A DNA stretch of 62,984 nt, counting the filler, from Asterionella formosa (Eukaryota): NCBI GenBank assembly GCA_002256025.1. It is 23 parts of 23 records of this genome, joined end to end, with 100 filler letters (N's around TTAATTAATTAA, not from the genome) between each part and the next. Parts side by side here need not be neighbours in the genome. Positions count along the whole stretch, not along the records: positions 60,354 to 62,984 come from NKIB01015020.1; 22 more parts are not named here. One strand, given 5' to 3'. Of this stretch, positions 60,354 to 62,984 are shown in pieces. The notes under the pieces are model-generated. The model saw nothing but the letters and a program-made list of their open reading frames with translations. It did no database searches and was not told the DNA's origin. The position numbers and the translations under genes are program-made. Each line of letters starts with the position of its first letter. Position 1 is the first letter of the stretch.

Positions 60354-61004
60354 TATACAAATCCTCGCTTTGTCGAGCACATTGACGAGAATGCAGTGAG
60401 GACCTTGACCGATTTCGTTTCCAACCATGCCATTCATGATGATGATTCAGTTTTAGACTTGTGTTCCAGCTGGACAAGTCATATTAACACGAAAGCAACA
60501 AGGATTCGAGTAGCAGGGCTAGGTATGAATGAAGAGGAATTGAAAGCTAATCAGGCTCTCACTGAGTACGTTGTTGTAGACCTGAATGAAAATCCAAAGC
60601 TTCCCTATGGCGATGAGAGCTTTTCGGTTGTATTGTGTCAGTTGAGCATTGATTATTTGACCAGACCTCTCGAGGTCATGAGGGAGGTGAGCAGGGTACT
60701 GAGACCTGGAGGACGTGTATACATTTTGTTTTCCAATCGTCTTTTTATACAAAAGGCTGTGGCACTTTGGACAGGCGCAGATGATATTGATCATGCTTAT
60801 ACTGTAGGCGGTTACCTTGCGTTTTGTGATGGTGGATTTGAGAATATCCAAGCTCAAGATCTCTCGACAAGGCAAGGGAGGAAGAAAATGATTGTCGGTG
60901 ATCCACTGTATGTAGTTACTGCCGTCAAAGAACAGGCAAGGGTGCAGCCAGTCTCATTGTCTAGCCTTTCAATACAAAAACAACTTACGAAACGAATATA
61001 CTAG
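60354..61004 (+). CDS. Class I SAM-dependent methyltransferase (Methyltransf_11 type), 5' partial
   Basis: Y..PRFVEHIDE.A, VLDLCSSW.SH, GLGMN.EEL.AN, DLN.NP.LPY.D.SF, SIDYLTRP.EV..EV.RVLRPGG, FSNR.F..KA..LW, DPLYVV. Confidence 0.92.
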   Translation, partial: YTNPRFVEHIDENAVRTLTDFVSNHAIHDDDSVLDLCSSWTSHINTKATRIRVAGLGMNEEELKANQALTEYVVVDLNENPKLPYGDESFSVVLCQLSIDYLTRPLEVMREVSRVLRPGGRVYILFSNRLFIQKAVALWTGADDIDHAYTVGGYLAFCDGGFENIQAQDLSTRQGRKKMIVGDPLYVVTAVKEQARVQPVSLSSLSIQKQLTKRIY

Positions 61005-61177
61005 TAAGATATTGGCGATGCTACGTGGACTTTTTGTGAAGACAACAAGAAAGACATATGTACGGCCAAATATCCTTTGTCGTTGAATTGTTCTTTGTGG
61101 ATTGTCCATGAGAAAATACAGCTTTAGATCCAAGTGTCTACGAGGAAATAGCATATGTACAATAATGATAAATAATT

Positions 61178-62173
61178 CTATTTTGTTGTTACATTATTCG
61201 AGTCCACATCTCTCGACTGGCACAGCTCATTTTCCCTGTCTCGACCGACATCGCTAGGAAGGCCGAGTCGGCGTCGATTTGATCCAGAACATTTCAAGAA
61301 CTGTGGACCACACATTCTTTCGTCACATTGGAGGCAATCATTCAATGAACCGTCGGCTTTGTTGGTGCTGTTGGTGCCACCAGTAATTTCATTTAGAAGA
61401 CTTAGAAGACAAGTAAACTTGCAATGCGTTTTGGTGCATTTAATATTTTCGACCCAACAATCCTCACATGGTTTTGTAAAGCCAACGTTCTTCTCCAAAC
61501 ACTTATGTACCGCCTTGAGGCCCCCGGTGAGGGACATTAAGGCGCATTTTTTGGAGGTTGTGGTCAGTGTCTTGACGGTTTTGGCTTGAATTCCAATGTC
61601 GATGGGGTTCGAGCAGTGGCCGCATTGACCACAGTGAGCCACTTTGTAGTCATCGTCATGAGCATCTTGTGATGATGGAAAGGTGCGAAAATCGATGTTT
61701 CGGACTGACGTGTTGTTCCTTTTTGCACAAACATCAGATGTGTTGTATAATGACATGGTTGAAGGTGCCCTTAGGAAGGCTCTCTTTTCGAGGCTCGATC
61801 CAATTTTGGCCACAACAATAAAGACAATCAATGCAGCTGTTATGAACTTTGAAATGATGTATAAATCGTAGAGAATGATGATTAGCCATCGTTTGACACT
61901 GCAAGAACTGGGACCTGTAGTACTACTTTTCTTGGCCAAGTCAATACTATCATCCGTATCAGGGACAGCGAATGAATTATCTTCGTCACTTCCTGTTATA
62001 GAAATTGTATCTGAAATTGACTCTGAGAACTCGGAATTGAGTGGTTCCTTTTTCTGGTGTACTTGGTTGTTACCTCCCAGGAATAGCACGTCTAACGCCA
62101 TCTCCACATCGTCGGGAATATTGACTGACGTTGAATCAATGACTTGGTCTTCTTCATAGATTGTAATCACCAT
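61178..62173 (-). CDS. Single-TM protein with a Cys-rich C-terminal domain of unknown function
   Basis: Acidic N-terminus, a TM helix, then HCG.CG.CSN..D, C...VGFT..C..CW..NI.CT...C...C and LN.CL.CDE..CGP.F..C.G.NRRR.G..SD..R. Confidence 0.85.
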   Translation of the reverse strand: MVITIYEEDQVIDSTSVNIPDDVEMALDVLFLGGNNQVHQKKEPLNSEFSESISDTISITGSDEDNSFAVPDTDDSIDLAKKSSTTGPSSCSVKRWLIIILYDLYIISKFITAALIVFIVVAKIGSSLEKRAFLRAPSTMSLYNTSDVCAKRNNTSVRNIDFRTFPSSQDAHDDDYKVAHCGQCGHCSNPIDIGIQAKTVKTLTTTSKKCALMSLTGGLKAVHKCLEKNVGFTKPCEDCWVENIKCTKTHCKFTCLLSLLNEITGGTNSTNKADGSLNDCLQCDERMCGPQFLKCSGSNRRRLGLPSDVGRDRENELCQSRDVDSNNVTTK

Positions 62174-62646
62174 GATTGAGTCGTTGATGGCAAGTATTCT
62201 CCTGGAGCAATTTTAGTATTAATTGCTGATTTTAGATTCGCAAAAATGTGACCACCGTAAAAAAATGTTATGTACCTGTACCATGAGGTAGCATACATGA
62301 CTCAACCCCATTGGACGAGCATGACTGCGACAAGATAAATAATGTGCGATTGATAGTTCCTGTCCAAATTCCGATTGCATTCAAAAGTTACCTGCCTAGC
62401 AATATTACAATTCCTAGCCGCAATTACCGGTACCTATTCATACAAGATTCCGATGTATGAGGGACAGACGGTATACCGGTACTTGTACTCCTCTTCTGGA
62501 CTGAAGCCACAGATTTACGTACAGAAACCACCGGTATGTATGTTCCACATTTTTCTCTACATACTTCCGCGACCATCCTGCATACTGGTAGTTTACTGTA
62601 CTACCGGTATGTACCTGTATGTGATCAAACGCGTCATGCAATAACA

Positions 62647-62984
62647 ATGACAAAGAAGAATCCGACCCGCACCTGTCTCGTCATTCTTCTGGCGCTGCCT
62701 TTGCTGTTGGTGATCCCATCACTTATTCGAATTACACACAGCAACGAAGGACGGTCCTTTGTCCCTCGAAATCTTCGAGAAACAGCAAACGAACGGAAGA
62801 CTCTGAAATTCTCTGCTTCCACCGCTGACAGCGGCGTTCTAAATGTTCACATCGTCCCACATACACACGACGACGTGGGATGGCTCAAGACTGTGGATCA
62901 GTACTACTACGGCCTTAATCAAACGATTCAACATGCGCACGTCCAAAGCATCTTGACCACGGTCGTTCAAGCTCTCCTTGCCAA
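62647..62984 (+). CDS. GH38 alpha-mannosidase (lysosomal/vacuolar type), 5' part; missing from the ORF track
   Basis: [24 protein letters not shown]...[26 protein letters not shown]...IQHA.VQ.IL. Confidence 0.95.
   Translation, partial: MTKKNPTRTCLVILLALPLLLVIPSLIRITHSNEGRSFVPRNLRETANERKTLKFSASTADSGVLNVHIVPHTHDDVGWLKTVDQYYYGLNQTIQHAHVQSILTTVVQALLA

Overview
This is not one contiguous locus. It is 23 unrelated short contigs (2654 down to 2631 bp, sorted by decreasing length) joined by an artificial 100-bp spacer (44 N + TTAATTAATTAA + 44 N, a stop in all six frames), so adjacency across spacers means nothing. The content is eukaryotic and best fits a diatom nuclear genome: bipartite plastid/lumen presequences, CoDi-type Copia and Ambal-type LINE remnants, a CryptonS-like recombinase, a TTAGGG telomere and a GT-AG intron. 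Host genes, many of them partial: an ARM-repeat protein, a HECT E3 ligase with a Crinkler-like N-terminal header, a DA1-like LIM peptidase, a PAP2 phosphatase, a fascin-like fragment, a NYN nuclease, a thylakoid-lumen protein, a D-Y-W-repeat protein, ICT1, an SCP/FCP1-type phosphatase, a SAM methyltransferase, a Cys-rich membrane protein and a GH38 alpha-mannosidase. Most other contigs are transposon debris (pogo/DDE_1, Tc1-like, Harbinger-like, Crypton, Copia, Gypsy, two LINE clades, Penelope-like, MITEs). Best leads: (1) a 5'-truncated Penelope-like RT inserted in a 110-bp satellite whose 3' end stops exactly at the GUC of a hammerhead-like core; (2) a pogo element carrying a convergent small HIRAN-like/CxxHxCC accessory gene; (3) a Crinkler-header-HECT ligase fusion; (4) chains of TA-CC(N)GG-TA palindromes that look like iterated transposon excision footprints; (5) mosaic, near-identical ARM repeats. 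All family calls come from motif recognition by eye; no searches were run.
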